64,000 nucleotides of DNA from the human T2T-CHM13v2.0 reference genome, Homo sapiens (GCF_009914755.1 NC_060929.1), one strand, 5' to 3'. Shown: positions 31,051-45,405, counted from the stretch's first letter. The notes: generated by a model not told the origin, from the sequence alone. Program-made: numbers and translations.

Positions 31051-34000
31051 TGATATGAAACTGTTATTTCACATATTTTGCCCAGTATTTTAACTGTTCC
31101 ACACAGTAGGGTAAGTCTATTTCTTAAATAATATTAATTCATAATATTCAAATGAATTATTTTATTCCTTTCATGATATTTTTATTAATTTACTTTCTGA
31201 ATTATTTTAAATAGCAAGAAAATTAGCAACATGGATTAAATTTATAAAATCTGCTTCTAAATAATTTTTAGTTCCTAGTCAAGGCTGGAGAGACAGAAAG
31301 CAGTCTCTATTGCTGTTTAAGATAACCTTATTCTAACTAATTATTTCCATAACGATGAATACAAAAATTATATATACTATACCTCTAGGCCACCCAGTCT
31401 GTGAACAATGCATTAAAGCATAACATTTCAACTAAGAAATTTCAAGGTCAGCTACTTTCTGATGCCTTGCTGAATAATTGCCCAAGGGGTTAAATGCTCT
31501 TTTAGTGGGCCTGTTAATTGGACTGTGGATTTTGGTTGTTTGTCTGTTGTCATTAGTTCCCACATGGTTTAGCAAAATGGTTTACAGGCTGCACCCTGAA
31601 TGAAATAATAGTATAGAAAGTAATAGTAAACATGCTACTGAATACATTTCTGCTGCCATTTTGAAGTTTTTAATTCAAACCTTTTGGTTGCAATTCTATA
31701 AATACATTTTACATAAGAAACTCAATATTTTTCATAAATAATTTAGTACCCTTCACTAAAAAGGATGACTTTTTTTCTCACAAGATCAACTATACTTTTT
31801 AAGTTTGGATAATAGTTTTGGAGGTGGTTAAAATCACAATCTCTTCCAATGAAATGCCCAACATGTATAATTTATTCCCAACTTTTCACAAAAGCAGAGG
31901 ATGCAAAGTCCAAAAGATCTTTGCTATTGCCATATAAATATCAAAATGCTGAATAGTTTTTGTTGCACGAAACAGTTAAATATTAGTAAATATTGATGTA
32001 TGACAAATTTCATAGTATCCATTAACCTTTACATTTTCCAAATGTCATAGAACATTTTAATTACAGAAACCTCTATCAACTTCAGTATCATTGGTATTGC
32101 TCAAGGCAGACATTGTAATTTGTCCTAAATCTGGGCTATTCACCCCAATTTAAAAAATGCAATCAGTGTCATAATGTTTCTAAAAGTTAAAAATCATGTA
32201 CAGTATTCAAAAAATAAATAAAATTTTGGTATTGCTTTACTTTAACAGCACATGAATTAAAACTGCATTATAATGAAATTGCTGCTGAACATTCCCATTA
32301 ATATCAAATGAATTCATTATGACCAGCACAGTTACAATGAATACTAAATGAATTAATAATAATGAACCATTTAAAGTGTTACCTAATTGTTTTATTTCAT
32401 TTTTATGTATATTTTGGTCCTATTTTAACTGTTAGGTTAATAGACAATGACATTAAATAATTAATTTTCTTGCCTAATGTTGGATAATGTGTTCATGCTA
32501 TTTTCTGATGATCTCTGTATTTAACCCGTTTTATTTTACCTCAGTCTTTCCACTTATTGCCTCCTTATTTGATACTACTACTAGAATAGAAACTAGAATA
32601 GCAAATGTTAAAATTTAATTTGATATGAAAAAGAAAGCATTAAGATAAAAAGCAACGCTGTACCACAGACATCTTCACTGTGCACCTTGGTAAGCCACAC
32701 AAATACTTGAAAATGGCAAATTTGGCCTGTTAGGCTTTTCACTGTGATGCTGCAACAAACAAGCAACAACAACCAATAAACTTTTATTCTTTTTTGCTAG
32801 TTTTTCTGTCTCTGCCAATGGGCGGATATGATCATTCAGGAACAAGTAAAAGAAAGGATCACTTGCAGAGAAGTTTTTTAGCTTTAAGAAAAATCTTAAT
32901 CTACTTGATCATTATTTATATCAAAATGTTTTAATTTGTAATTAATCATTTGCTCCTAAATTATTTGGAGAGCTGTTACATTTACTAAATGTTATCAACT
33001 ATACAGACTAGCACACAGACTTCATCGAATTTCCTTGACTTTGAAGTTTAGGAGCTCTTTCTTTGTGCCTACCAACCAGTCACCCCTCCTGCCATGAAAT
33101 ATTCAGATCCTTAATCTTTTATCAGAGAAATGCCTTTCATGTTGGCAGCTTCCCCTAAAAGAACGATGGTCAAAAGTTGTGTTCAGTTTTTAGTCATTTT
33201 TTGACCATTCTTTACACAATTAATTTTTTGAAAGTCAAATTAAAAACTGGGGATTCATATACAAATCTAGATTTCTACTTTATTTTGATAAATAGAAATC
33301 TCTGTTAACACTTTCTCCATATTCTGTATGGTAATGATAATCTCAATGGAACAGAAGCTGCATTCTTTGACACAGTGTTAATTTTATCATTGACTACATT
33401 CTTCTTATCCCACACTTCATAATTTATTTCTGGGACCTATGTGGTCATCATATATGTATATTTAGATTATGATGCAAAATGATATAATCTGAGATTGATA
33501 CAAGGTCCTACCTTTCCCCAAATCTCCCATATCATCCTCCACAGTGCTTGAGATTCCCCCTGTAAAAACACGTTTGTAGATAAAGTATCTCCAGTGTGCC
33601 TTTGAGAACGTGAAAATGAGCAGTATCTAATCAGCAGGATGTATTTAGTCAGGGAGGCTTGTATCACAGGTATTATTGCACTTTAACAGACTCCTGAAGA
33701 AATGGGGGCCTAAATAGGAAATTTTAGATGGGGATTTTTGAAAGAAACGTGTCCTTCAAAAGGCTAGACAGAGAGATTCTGAGGGCTGGATCTTGGAGAT
33801 GATGTGTGAAAGAAATAAACATTCCTTTGGGGTGCTGGAGTCAGACGAAAGATTTAGGCAGAGAGTAGAAAGGTATCTAGATGGATGATATTTTAAAGAA
33901 ATAGAATGTATTCACTGAGCCTGATTCACTTGCATTAAATATGATCTGTCCCAGCAGCTCTTTGATATTTGCTAATCAGCCTTTTAAAACTGTTTTCTTA

Positions 34001-35758
34001 ATAAGAAAGCTATCTCTTGTGGAAAATCACAAATTCATTCTGACTTTCAGAATCAATGGATTTCAGGGGGCTCTTAAAGTTGAGAATAGATACTCTACAT
34101 CAATTAAATATTACTTGCTGTTATTTATTTTTTTGAAGGTGATATAGTTACTAAATTACTAGGAAGTAAGCCTTAATCTTACCATTGTGTAATAATTTAG
34201 TAAAAGCTTATAAGTAGATATACTCTATTTCCTTGGCTGCTTGCAATTATTTGAAATTGGAATGTAAGTTTTTTCAGAATCATGACTAAAACCTTTTATT
34301 CTACACTATTCAATGCTGTCGAGTAGGGCAAGGGAGCCGTTCATATAACTATCAGAGTATCATGGCATCATTGCTTCTTAGATCGGGCATCAAGAATGAT
34401 TAATATATTCCTTTTTGGACTTCATGTATCTAGAGTATCTAATGAAAGTGCTTGATATATCTATCATTTTCATACATACTTTGGTGACGTTCTACCTAAA
34501 AGAAGTAAAAATGGGCCGAGGCCAGGACTATTTTTCACTCTTCACTTAGAGTAATTATCCAGGGAATTTCAGGTTGCCAACAATATTTTCTATGAAGTCC
34601 TTTTCCTCTTTTCATTTTGAATGATTTAATCTTCTTTTTTAAATAGTCTTTCCCAACCTGTCTCCTTTCCCTAACCTAAATGGAGGAAGAGATCTTTGAA
34701 AAACCTTTCATTAAAAGGATGACTGCCCAATCCCTGAGTATTCTCAGAACTTTTCATGATGGAGTCTTTGAGAATGTTTGGCGCCATCTGTGCCTCGATT
34801 TTCCTTTCTTCTGATTTTTCTTTTTATTTTTTTTCTTTTTTGTCTATTTTTTTTTTTTTTTGAGCTGAGGTGCCAGCCGAGCCAGCCTGTGCCTCTGTTT
34901 TCTGCCAAAAATGAAAAAAAAGAGAAATGCCATGAATACTAAAATAAGACATTTTTTTCAGTGTTTCTGGTATAAGCACTGTACATTTCAACTGAGTTTT
35001 CTGTAAGAATCTGTTTTTATCATCCTTTACAATAGAAAACCCACAAGAAAACTTGTGGTCTATTAGCAGAAAACAGAGGCCCTGGCAAGCTCCAGAGCAG
35101 CACAATCCTACAGTTGGGAAGCTGGGCAAGAACCCAAGTTTGTCCACGCCTAAGAACAACACTGTCTGCTAAAATTACAGTTTTCCCTTTTCACAAACCT
35201 CAAAGTTGTGAAACTTTACTAACTTTAAGAAAAGAACAGTTGGCCATACAAAAGATACACTTCCAAATCCATCGAGCAACTTACTTATACTTGCAAATGA
35301 ACCACTTGGAGTGAGTCTTAAAATGTATTTGTTCCAATTATTCTGCTAAGGTAGCAAGCAGAAAGTAATCATTTTCTATGTATACTGTGAATAAGAGACT
35401 CCAAATGTTGGTTCCAAAGAAAGAATTTGACCAATAGTTGGTAAGTGGGCGTGTAAGAAAGGGTGCTATAGAAATGATAGCCACATTTTAAAAAGTACAA
35501 AGTGTTTTCTCGGTTCTTATATCTTCAGGATGATATAATGCAATGAAGTTAGAAAAGAGTCATTTTTTTTAAGCTCTGATGTTTCCTGTTTTTGTGATTC
35601 TTATAGAGATGAGTATTGGTAATTAAGCATTGCCATGTAACTCATCAATTCAGATACGTCAATGGAGGATACAGGTCGATATAGGGTGACACTCCATCAA
35701 CAAATTGAATTACATTGCAGAAAGTTTTTTAGCAAACTGGAGCCAACTATTAAATATT

Positions 35759-36350
35759 TGTATCAGTCAGAGTTCAGTCAGGTGACTCAAACCACACTGG
35801 TTACTGAAATAGAAAAAAAAATTAATAGAAAGGATTGTGTACTGGTAGAAGTTGGTTAATTGATGAGAGGAGGGAAAAGGACACTGGAGGTCCAGAGACA
35901 TAGCAGATTCCAAAGGGCAATTACTATATCTAGGCTGAAGAGGAGAGGACAACAAAGGAGCTAAGAACTGGTAGAATCCCTTTATTTATATGCTGTGCTT
36001 CAGACCTCTTCAGAAAGAGCATGACTTCCACAGGGAGCTGTACCTTGCTACGGGCTACGTATGTTTCATAGGGTGTGGTTGGCTCTGGTCCATAGAAGTA
36101 GTGTACTGTTGTTCAAGGATGTGGGAGGACCATACCTGGAAGTAGCTACAGGTGGGAAGAGGGTGTAGCTGGAACTTCTCAGGGTCTATCTGGAGCTTCT
36201 CAGTGCAGGCAGCAGGACCCTCATGCTGAGCCACAATAACTGAGGGCCAGACGGGCAAAAGACGTGTCTTTTTGCTGATAGTGGCTTGCTGAGTCAATAC
36301 AGGATAGACTGGATAGCTTGGCCTCATGGTTTTAGATAGAAGTTGCAATG
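35759..36350 (-). mobile_element. Old ERVL/MaLR-type LTR
   Basis: Begins tgtatcagtcagagttcagtcagg...aaaccacactggtta, a typical old MLT-type terminus; GC-richer block. Confidence 0.45.
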
Positions 36351-37705
36351 TTCATGAAATATAACATGAAAAGATACTGCTTCCATAATAACAAAACATA
36401 CAAATCTTTATTATGAATAATTCAGAGATTAATTTCAGAATTCATTTTGTTGGCAACTTGTGACTTATAATAAGAAATATATTTCTTACATCCAGTATAT
36501 TCTAAGTTAGTCATGTTACTTTTTCACAGTAAAATTAATAAAATCACCATTTTCTACCTTTATATATTGTAAAGTACTGTTAAGGATGGTTTTAGGGTTT
36601 CAGTCTTCATTTAAATTACTCCAATTTCCTTTTACTCTTCACCAATCTGTTATTACATATAATTAATCTTCTAACTTCTCACATGGAAACACTCATGCAG
36701 AGAATTACTCTAGTTGTTGCCTACATAAACGTAGACCTTTAAAATAATGTTTTCAGAAGACTTATTGAAACAAAATGCCATAGGCCATATTATAATAGAT
36801 AATTTTCTACAACAAAATATTTTCAATCTGTGAGATAACCCATTTATTTCTAGCATGATTCAAACAACCAAATTTCAGTACAACTGAATAATTTATTTAG
36901 CAAACACTTATCAAGTGATTATTACCAGCAAAATACTCTGCGAGACTCTTTAAGACAGAACTACATAAGACCTTGGTCTTAAGAACTTGTAATTAATGTC
37001 TGAATAGTTTGGATATAATAGATATTAGTTAGTATCAGACACATTTGATATCTTAAGACAAATTTATACTAAAGATTTTAATTCTATGTGTATTCGAAGT
37101 GCTGGATCCCACCCGTCACATTCTCAAGCATTATCCTTTTTTGCAGTTCTAGAATTTGTACTTATTAAGGGTATTATTCTGATTCAGGCTTCAGTGAACA
37201 TTATTTTGTTAATTACTTTTTCTCTCACATTTTAACGTTGAATATAAAAGGTGCATCCTACCTTGGCATCAAAACTATTCATAAAATCATCCAAGTCTAC
37301 TGCTCTCAGGTCAGACTGTTTACTCTTCATATTTTAGTGAGTCTTCTGAGCTGACTTTATTACTGAATCTTAAATTTTGAGCAACTATTCAAACATCAAA
37401 CATCTAAGTATTTTTATAGGCATCGTTTGTACTTTTTGTTAGTAAATCTATAATACCAGACAGCCTTCTAAACTAATGATAAATCCATTTCTTCTCCCTA
37501 TCTACATGCTAGAGTCGATTACATCAATCAGTCTTACTGAATGTATTTTTCAGTAAAAATACATTTAACAAACCTAACTATATATAGGCTGAAGAGGAGA
37601 GGACAGCAAAGGAGCTAAGAACTCGTAGAATCCCTTTATTAATATGCTGTGCTTCAGACCTCTTCAGAAAGAGCATGGCTTCTACAGGGGAGCTGTACCT
37701 TGCTA
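35923..37705 (+). repeat. Dispersed direct repeat, 128/129 bp (35923-36050 and 37577-37705)
   Basis: Copies differ by 6 substitutions and one 1-nt indel. Confidence 0.95.
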
Positions 37706-38719
37706 AAAATCTAAGTTAGATTTGTTAAATTTGTTAAATCTATTTAGATTTGTTAAATATAAGTTAAACTAAGGTTTTTATAAGAGTTTAGACAGAAAAA
37801 CTGTTTATTTCCACTTTCCAATATTTCTGTCAGTATTAGAATTAAGTTCATTTGTTTTTACTTATTTTTCTCTTGTTACTTAATACAGTAACATTTTAGT
37901 ACAATAGCTTGTATATATTCTTAAAAGTATAAGAGCTAACTCATTTTTCAATTATATTTAAGAAATAATAGCTAAAGGAAAACTAAAGTAATTAAATAAA
38001 CTATCTGCTATTTTCTAGAAAGTTTCAAAGACCTATTTTTTCTCTGCAACTTTGGAATAGCTTGTAATGTGAAGGGCACCATTCTTAACATTAAAAGAAA
38101 AATTCATGTTAACTCACCTTTCATAATATAGCCCTGCTACATACTAGGATCAATACAGAAAAACAAAAATAATCATCACTATAAAACTTTATTGTTTTAT
38201 ATGTATGTGGTTCATATTGTCATCTTTTTGAGTAATCACAAAGGCACAAAACGGATTAAACATAACACATTCAAGATTAATTGGATGCTCACTCTATGCA
38301 GGACACTCTGAACCAGGAGATACAGAGAAAAAGCAAATGAAGATCTTAATCTTGAGGAGTCCTTTCTTGGAGAGAGCAAATTATCACAATGAAGTGAGCT
38401 AAATGTTTGTTGCCAAGAATTGAGCCTGCCTATCCAGTGCTGACGCTATAATGGTGCTGTAGAGGTTAATAACGAGAGTAAAGAAACATGTGGGCGACTG
38501 AGGAAAGGCTGGATCTTGCATTTGGGCTTGATTTTAAAAGATGATAGATATTGATCCAGGAGAGAAAGATTGGCAAAAGCAGAATAAATGGAAAAGCTTA
38601 GACTCTGGTGTCAGAGGAAGGTATAATGTTCAAAGGGTAGTTTAAGGACATGTAAGAATTGGCCTTTACAGCTGTACTGTTTCTAAGATGGTATACCTTA
38701 ATGTGTAAGGAATTATGGA

Positions 38720-39150
38720 GTACTTCTTTTATACAGCACCCTGTTTATGAGGCTCATCCATGTTTTTGTACACATTGTTTTAATGTGTTCTTTTTATTTT
38801 GAGTAGTATTCCACTGTACAAATACTCCATTACTTGTCTATTCAGTCATCAGTTCATAAACATTTTCGTTTCTTCCAGTTTTAGAATAATGTTATTATGA
38901 ATATTTGCTTACAGGTATTTGTGTAAACATGTTTTCACTTATCTTGGGAAATGTCTAGAATTAGGATGGATAGATTGTATGGTAAGTATATGGTTAACTT
39001 TATTAAAACAAAACTATCAAACTGTTTTTCAAGATAACTGACCCACTTTGCAATCTCCCAGAAAAGTATTCAATTTCTAGTTGTTTTATATCTTTGCCAA
39101 CACTTGGTATTATGAATCTTTCCAATTTTTGCAATTCAAGTATAATGACA
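38720..39150 (-). mobile_element. L1ME 3' fragment
   Basis: gagtagtattccactgtac...gattgtatggtaagtatatggttaactttattaaaac...ctttgccaacacttggtatt. Confidence 0.65.
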
Positions 39151-42100
39151 TTTTATTATGCATAGTTTAGTAATCTTGGAGAGACATAAAGGGATATGGA
39201 GAAAACATGGCAGATCAAAATTTTTTGAGAGGTCCTGAGACATCAAAATGTAACTAAACCAAAGGCTAGGTTGCAGTTAGCTGCCTGACCCCAACATTAC
39301 TTGGAGAAAGATTAGATTCTTAATAGGCTCTGATGGTTCACTGCATAACTTCTGAACTTTCCATGTTTGCTTTGACTATGTACGCACTCTGGGACTGGAT
39401 TTTTAGTTCTCGAATTTAAACAAGAAACAAAACTGTAAAGAACAGCTCTCTGGGATTCCTCTCTCCCAATGACTAGTCTTTTTCTTATAGGACACTGCCT
39501 CTGCTTCACAGCTCCAGCCTTTATGACAAAAATTTTAAATTCTTAACTCAGTCTCTCCTTATCAGGGAGAAGGGTTCTAGGTGTGGGACTGATCCAACAC
39601 AACTCTCACAGTACTTTTAAGGACCTCTGACTTTCTCAGTCATGCCCACCCTCCATATCGGCAGGGGTTTTCTCCCTCCCTACAGTTAAGTTTCCTCTGC
39701 TACTCCCTTGTGCAGTACTCATCAGTTTTATCTGTGCATGCCAGAATCCAGATTATGAACACAGATCAAGGTCCATTTCCCTTCACATAACATGTGTTGT
39801 CTTCTATATAAATATCCCTTATCATTTTATAATATCTTACAACATTTATAAAGTTTCCCCAAAACAGATGTTTGTCTTTAACCCAAAGAGGACTGCTAGT
39901 CTTCCATCATAATCTGGGTATAGCTTGGTCAAACTAGTCTGTTACTGTTTTCTTTTGATCATTTCTCACCTCTCTTTTCCAACAACAGGAAGTCAGATTG
40001 TTGTCCAAGCCCAAGGAAAACTAACCCTCAGAAATCTAGAGTAAGGTCAGTTGATTAAAACAAATTTCAAGATTAATGTAGCACAGAACAGCAACTACTG
40101 CTCTTCCCTTCCAACATGAGGATCCTCACTACTATACATCCCTGATATTTGTCATGGAACACTGTAGTGACAAGGTGTATCTTCAGTAAAGTCTCCAAAT
40201 CATAGGTAAATATTTCCAAATACCTAGGCTGAGTTCCCTGGCAAGCATTCATGCAAGTAAATATATCAATCTTACTTTCAATGCTGCGAAAGACTATGGG
40301 AAGACCCACTAATGTTAGGGTATTACCTTCGGATCACCACACAATTTACACATATCTAGAAAGGCACTGTTCGATTAAGTTGTTAATTAGAATTTGTGAA
40401 GAAACACACAGTGTGTGTTACAAGTCTGAATGTTAAAAATATGAAGATTACAGGATTGTGAGAATACTAGTCATTCTTTTTCTCTAAAAAAGAACATTCA
40501 AGATATTATCTTTGTTTCTGAAGTCTTGGGTATAGCAAGCTACTACAGGTTGTTTATTTTGTGCTTTTATAGTCATATATTCAGAAAAAGAGACATAGTT
40601 TGATCTTTTATATTTTGATAGCACTATAAAGTTTATAGAGCCCTTGTCTGTACATTACCTCCTTAATCAATTATATTATCTTAACAATATTGGCACATCA
40701 CAGAGTCACAAATTCTAAAAGTGTTCCTGATAAGACTATTGATTGGCTTTCAGAATTATAAATTAAATTCATAATTTCTATACCATTGCAAAAACATTTT
40801 GAACATTTTTAGTACATATTTGTATGTTTTCGCTTTGAAAAGAGATAGAGTATATATCTATTAATATTAACTACTAAATTTGGAACAAAAATAAGTTAAT
40901 GCAGCAGTAGGTTTCATTTGGCATAATAAAGCATTTCTATCCTTCATTATTTATAATTTTATTGGGAAATATGTGCTAATGCAAACAATTTTCATACATG
41001 AATAAAACATAAGGTGGAGTAGTAATTAATATAAAAGGATTCAACGGCACATAAAGGTGGTTAATATATCTATCTCTTCATATATCAACGCCACTTATAT
41101 TTTGTTGGAAGACACTAAAGATCGAAAATCAAGCATGCTAATTAATTAGTTTCATTCTCAGTTAACTTGAAGGTTGCATATAAAAAGGAAATCAGGTTGA
41201 CTGTGAGCAAGGAGAATGAATAGTTCAGATAAAAAGATCAAGAGGAGAAGGTATACAGGAAAGAAAGGGAAAGAATGTCAGCACACTTAGCAGAATAAAA
41301 GGTCTCCTTTAATGACTCAAAGTGGAACAATTTCCCCCTATCCCGTCACTGAACACAGGGAAAGTTAGAGGGCAGAATCCATTATATATATGGAGGCTGC
41401 AGGATCTGCATATAAACTTTCATAGAAAAAAAGTGAGTATCTAGTAAGATAGAGAAGAAAAGAAAAGTTAGAAGTATATTCAAAGATAATGTTCTGGATG
41501 GCATTGAACAGGCATTTTAGTGAGATTCTTTTGGATATGTAGAGATAGGGCTTACCAGGTTTTTCAAGAAGGGAGGATACAGATATTGTCACAAAAGGAC
41601 CAGAGATCCCATGGGAAGGACAAAAATACAGCAGGACCAGGCATTACTACATCTAAGACTGGATCCAGGACTCTCTGCTGGGCCTGAGCACAGGAGTTCG
41701 TGAATCATCACACTAATGGTTAATCTTTGATGAAATTTAGCTAACTCTGTTGGTGTTTACTTCTATGTGTCTACTCTTCCCTGTGCCAAGTGATTTCTTT
41801 TCCCTGTAGTCTACATGTTTTCTCTAGCTCATGGCTTCAGTTGCCTCTCAGTTTTAGCTTATTTATAAACTACCATGGCCTGTACTCTGTATTTGTGGAA
41901 AGCAATTCGCCTGTCTCTCACAAACTGTCCAATTATCCTTATACTTCCTAACTTCTCTTCAATCAGCTCATACAACCTGCTGGCCTAAGGAGGCTGGCCT
42001 ATGACTCAGGAGAAAGGCTGAAGTCACAGGCTGGCCTGCCCCTCTAGCAAGGGCTTTGTGTAGGACAGTTTTCTTTAGAAAGGGCTATTGGAGTAGCACA

Positions 42101-44092
42101 TTTTATGATGAATAGATCAAGAAAAACATTCATCCCTGAAAACGCTTTGTTGGTTTTCTTAGTCACCTGTGATATCTGAACTTCTGCTCTTATGGTATGG
42201 TTCTCAGCTTTATATTTCCACCTAAAACTCTTTTCATCTCAAAGACTAGGAAGCATTATGTTTTTGTTTGCATCAAGAAAAAATCTACATAAGATGAATT
42301 AATGTATGGATGAATGAATAGATTTTTTCCACAATTTTTTCCAGTAGATTGGATGATAATAGTGCTTGGCATTAATCATTTTACTTCAAATGTCTGACTT
42401 TATATGGTTACTATTTCAAAACACTCAAAATTATACATCATGTATTTCTTTTCTTGGATATTCTGTTATCATTTCTCCCGTATAACTTACTGAAGTTAAT
42501 TAGCAAACCTTTCTTTCTAGTTTCAATGCCTATGTTCTAATTCTTTGGTTTCAGTGATTAGTTTTGGCCATTTAAATATTATCAAAATTGCATTGATAAA
42601 AATACTGATATAGTTAACTATGAATTTTATATCAACTCAAATTCTTATAGATAGTTAGAGCTGTGTACCTCTACTACACCAAGAGAACTTTTTAAAAGTT
42701 GGTGAAAAATTGTTTTACTACATTTTAATCTTGTCTGTAACTTCCTGAATAACTTACATAAATAAGATTGTTTTTTCTTCTTATTAGTAATGACAATATT
42801 AGAAATCTATAGGTACAGTTTACATGCATTTTTAATGTCTTATTAGTAGCAAAATTGTATGAGATTTTATGGCAGGTGGCTTAATCATCATTTCATTGAG
42901 TCACATTAAACCACAAAGTTAGTCATGATGTCTTGCATGCTTTCCAATGAGAGGTGAGGTATTAACATAGTGTACTTATTGGAGTACACGCTAAAATTTT
43001 CAATAATTTTGTGGAGTTGACAGGAGATAATTCCTATCTTAAAATTTCTAAGATATAATTCAGATCTTAAAATTTTAAAAATATATACAAATATTGCAAG
43101 GAAACCAGACTTTTGTATTTAAAAGCTGCTACTCTGAAGTGGAAATTTGTGTCTAGCAGTTTACATTTTCTTTATAAGATATTCTGAGTTCTGCCTTATG
43201 GTAAAGATTCTGTCATGATAAAATCAATCTAAGTTTTACTAATCAAGGAAATTTATTAACTAAGTGATTATTGATTGGAATTAAAATTTGTGGAAATTTT
43301 AAAGAATAGATTTTCAGAAGATACTAGCATTTAGAAAATAATATAAATCACATAATTCATGAAATTTTTAGTAGGATGAATTACATTAACTTGAATGATG
43401 ATTGCAGTACATATGCCATACCCAAACTAAAGAATGGTGCCACTTGACGATTACAAAAGTTTCTATTCATGTTTCATGCCATTTGAAAAAACACACTTTT
43501 TGCATCTATTGATAGGAAAATCAAGATGCTTTTCATTCTCCCAAAGCATATTGCCACATAACTCTGTTTCTTGTAATGAGTCAAGGCAAGAGTTAGAAAT
43601 AAGTTCAAGATTATTTGTTCCTTTTGTTAAATATATGAAGCCAGAGATTCTTTGTGCCATAGGAACATTAGTATGTCATTTAAATGCTAGTGTATCCCAT
43701 GTTTTTTTTTTTTTTTTTTCAGAAAATTGTCAACCGCAGATGTAGCCATGAAGTATTATGAGCGAGTAATAGCAAGGGCTTTGCTGTCCTCTCTCTCCAC
43801 TGTTGTTTCAAACAAACACAAAATCAACAGCATATGCAATCTCAATAAAATAACATAGAGATGTGATCTGTTGCTTTTTTTGAAATGAGATTAAGTCTGT
43901 CACATCGTAAATCTACCTGTGTAATGTTTGAGCTTAACGTTTAACTTGAAAAAAAACCTGACATTAGAGTAAATAGTGTGAAGGAATAATTGAATTCAGT
44001 TGAGGGTTATAACTGTCTCTTTAAGTTTTAACTTTGGAAAAACAGGCCTCCTTGCATAGGCTTCAAATATTTTGAATAAATATTTGTCATAG

Positions 44093-45405
44093 TGTGTCCG
44101 GAATTGGTGGGTTCTTGGTCTCACTGACTTCAAGAATGAAGCCACGAGCTCTCGCGGTGAGTGTTACGGTTCTTAAAGGCAGCGTGTCCGGAGTTTGTTA
44201 CTTCTAATGTTCGGATGTGTTTGGAGTTTTTTCCTCCCCGTGGGTTCGTAGTCTCATTGGCTTCAGGAGTGAAGCTGCAGACTTTCACCGTGATTGTTAC
44301 AGCTCATAAAAGCAGTGCAAACCCAAAAAGTGAGCAGCAGCAGGTTTTACTGCCAAAAGCAAAAGAACGAAGCCTCCACGCTGTGGAAGGCAACCAGAGC
44401 AGGTTGCCACTGGGGCTCCTGCAGCCTGCTTTTATTCCCTTTTCTGGCCCCACCCACATCCTGCTGATTGGTCCATTTTACAGAGAGCCGATTGATCTGT
44501 TTTACAGAGAGCTGATTGGTCCGTTTTGACAGGGTGCAGACTGGTGCATTTATAATCCCTGAGCTAGACACAAAAGTTCTCCACATCCCCACTAGATTAG
44601 CTAGATACAGTGTTGATTGCTGCATTCACAAACCCTGAGCTAGACACAGGGTCCTGATTGGTGTATTTACAAACCTTGAGCTAGATGCAGAGTGCTGATT
44701 GGTGTATTTACAATCCCTTAGCTAGGCATAAAGGTTCTCCAAGTCCCCACCAGACTCAGGAGCCCAGCTGGCTTCACCCAGTGGATTCCACACTGGGGCT
44801 GCAGGTGGAGCTGCCTGCCAGTCCCCCGCCGTGCGCCCGCACCCCTCAGCCCTTGGGCGGTGGATGGGAATGGGCGTTGTGGAGCAGGGAGCCGCTCTTG
44901 TCCGGGAGGCTGGGGCTGTGCAGGAGCCCACCGCAGGGGGATGAGGGGGGAGGCTCAGGCATGGCGGGCTGCAGGTCCCAAGCCCTGCCCTGCGGGGAGG
45001 CAGCTAAGGCCCAGCGAGAAGGGCTGAGGAGTGCGGGTGCACGGCGTGGGACTGCCAGGCAGCTCCACCTGCAGCCCAGGTGCTAAGCCCCTCACTGCCT
45101 GGGGCTTGTGGGCTGGCCAGCCGCTGGGAGTGCGGAGCCTGCGGAGCCCACCCAGAATTCTAGCTGGCCTGGAAGTGCCACTTGCAGCCCCGTTTCCCGC
45201 CTGTGCATCTCCCTCCACACCTCGCGGCAAGCCGAGGGAGCCAGCTCCGGCCTCGGCCAGCCCAGAGAAGGGCTCCCAGGGTGCAGCGGCGGGCTGAAGG
45301 GCTCCTCAAGCGTGGCCAGAATGGGCACCAAGGCCAAGAAGGCACCGAGAGTGAGCGAGGGCTGCGAGGGCTGCCAGCATGCTGTCAGGACGCTGTCACC
45401 TCTCA
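44093..45405 (-). mobile_element. ERV9 solo LTR, LTR12C-like (1.3 kb, CpG-rich)
   Basis: tgtgtccggaattggtgggttcttggtctcactgacttcaagaatgaagcc ... gctgtcacctctca; repeated gctgattggt/ctagacaca units; perfect 4-bp TSD atag (44089-44092 / 45406-45409); explains ORFs 44161-45503. Confidence 0.96.

Noticed and set aside
34779-34797. CTCF-like site (reverse complement ggcacagatggcgcc)
   Set aside because: Only the AGATGGCG half matches; the CCAC/CCAG 5' half is absent
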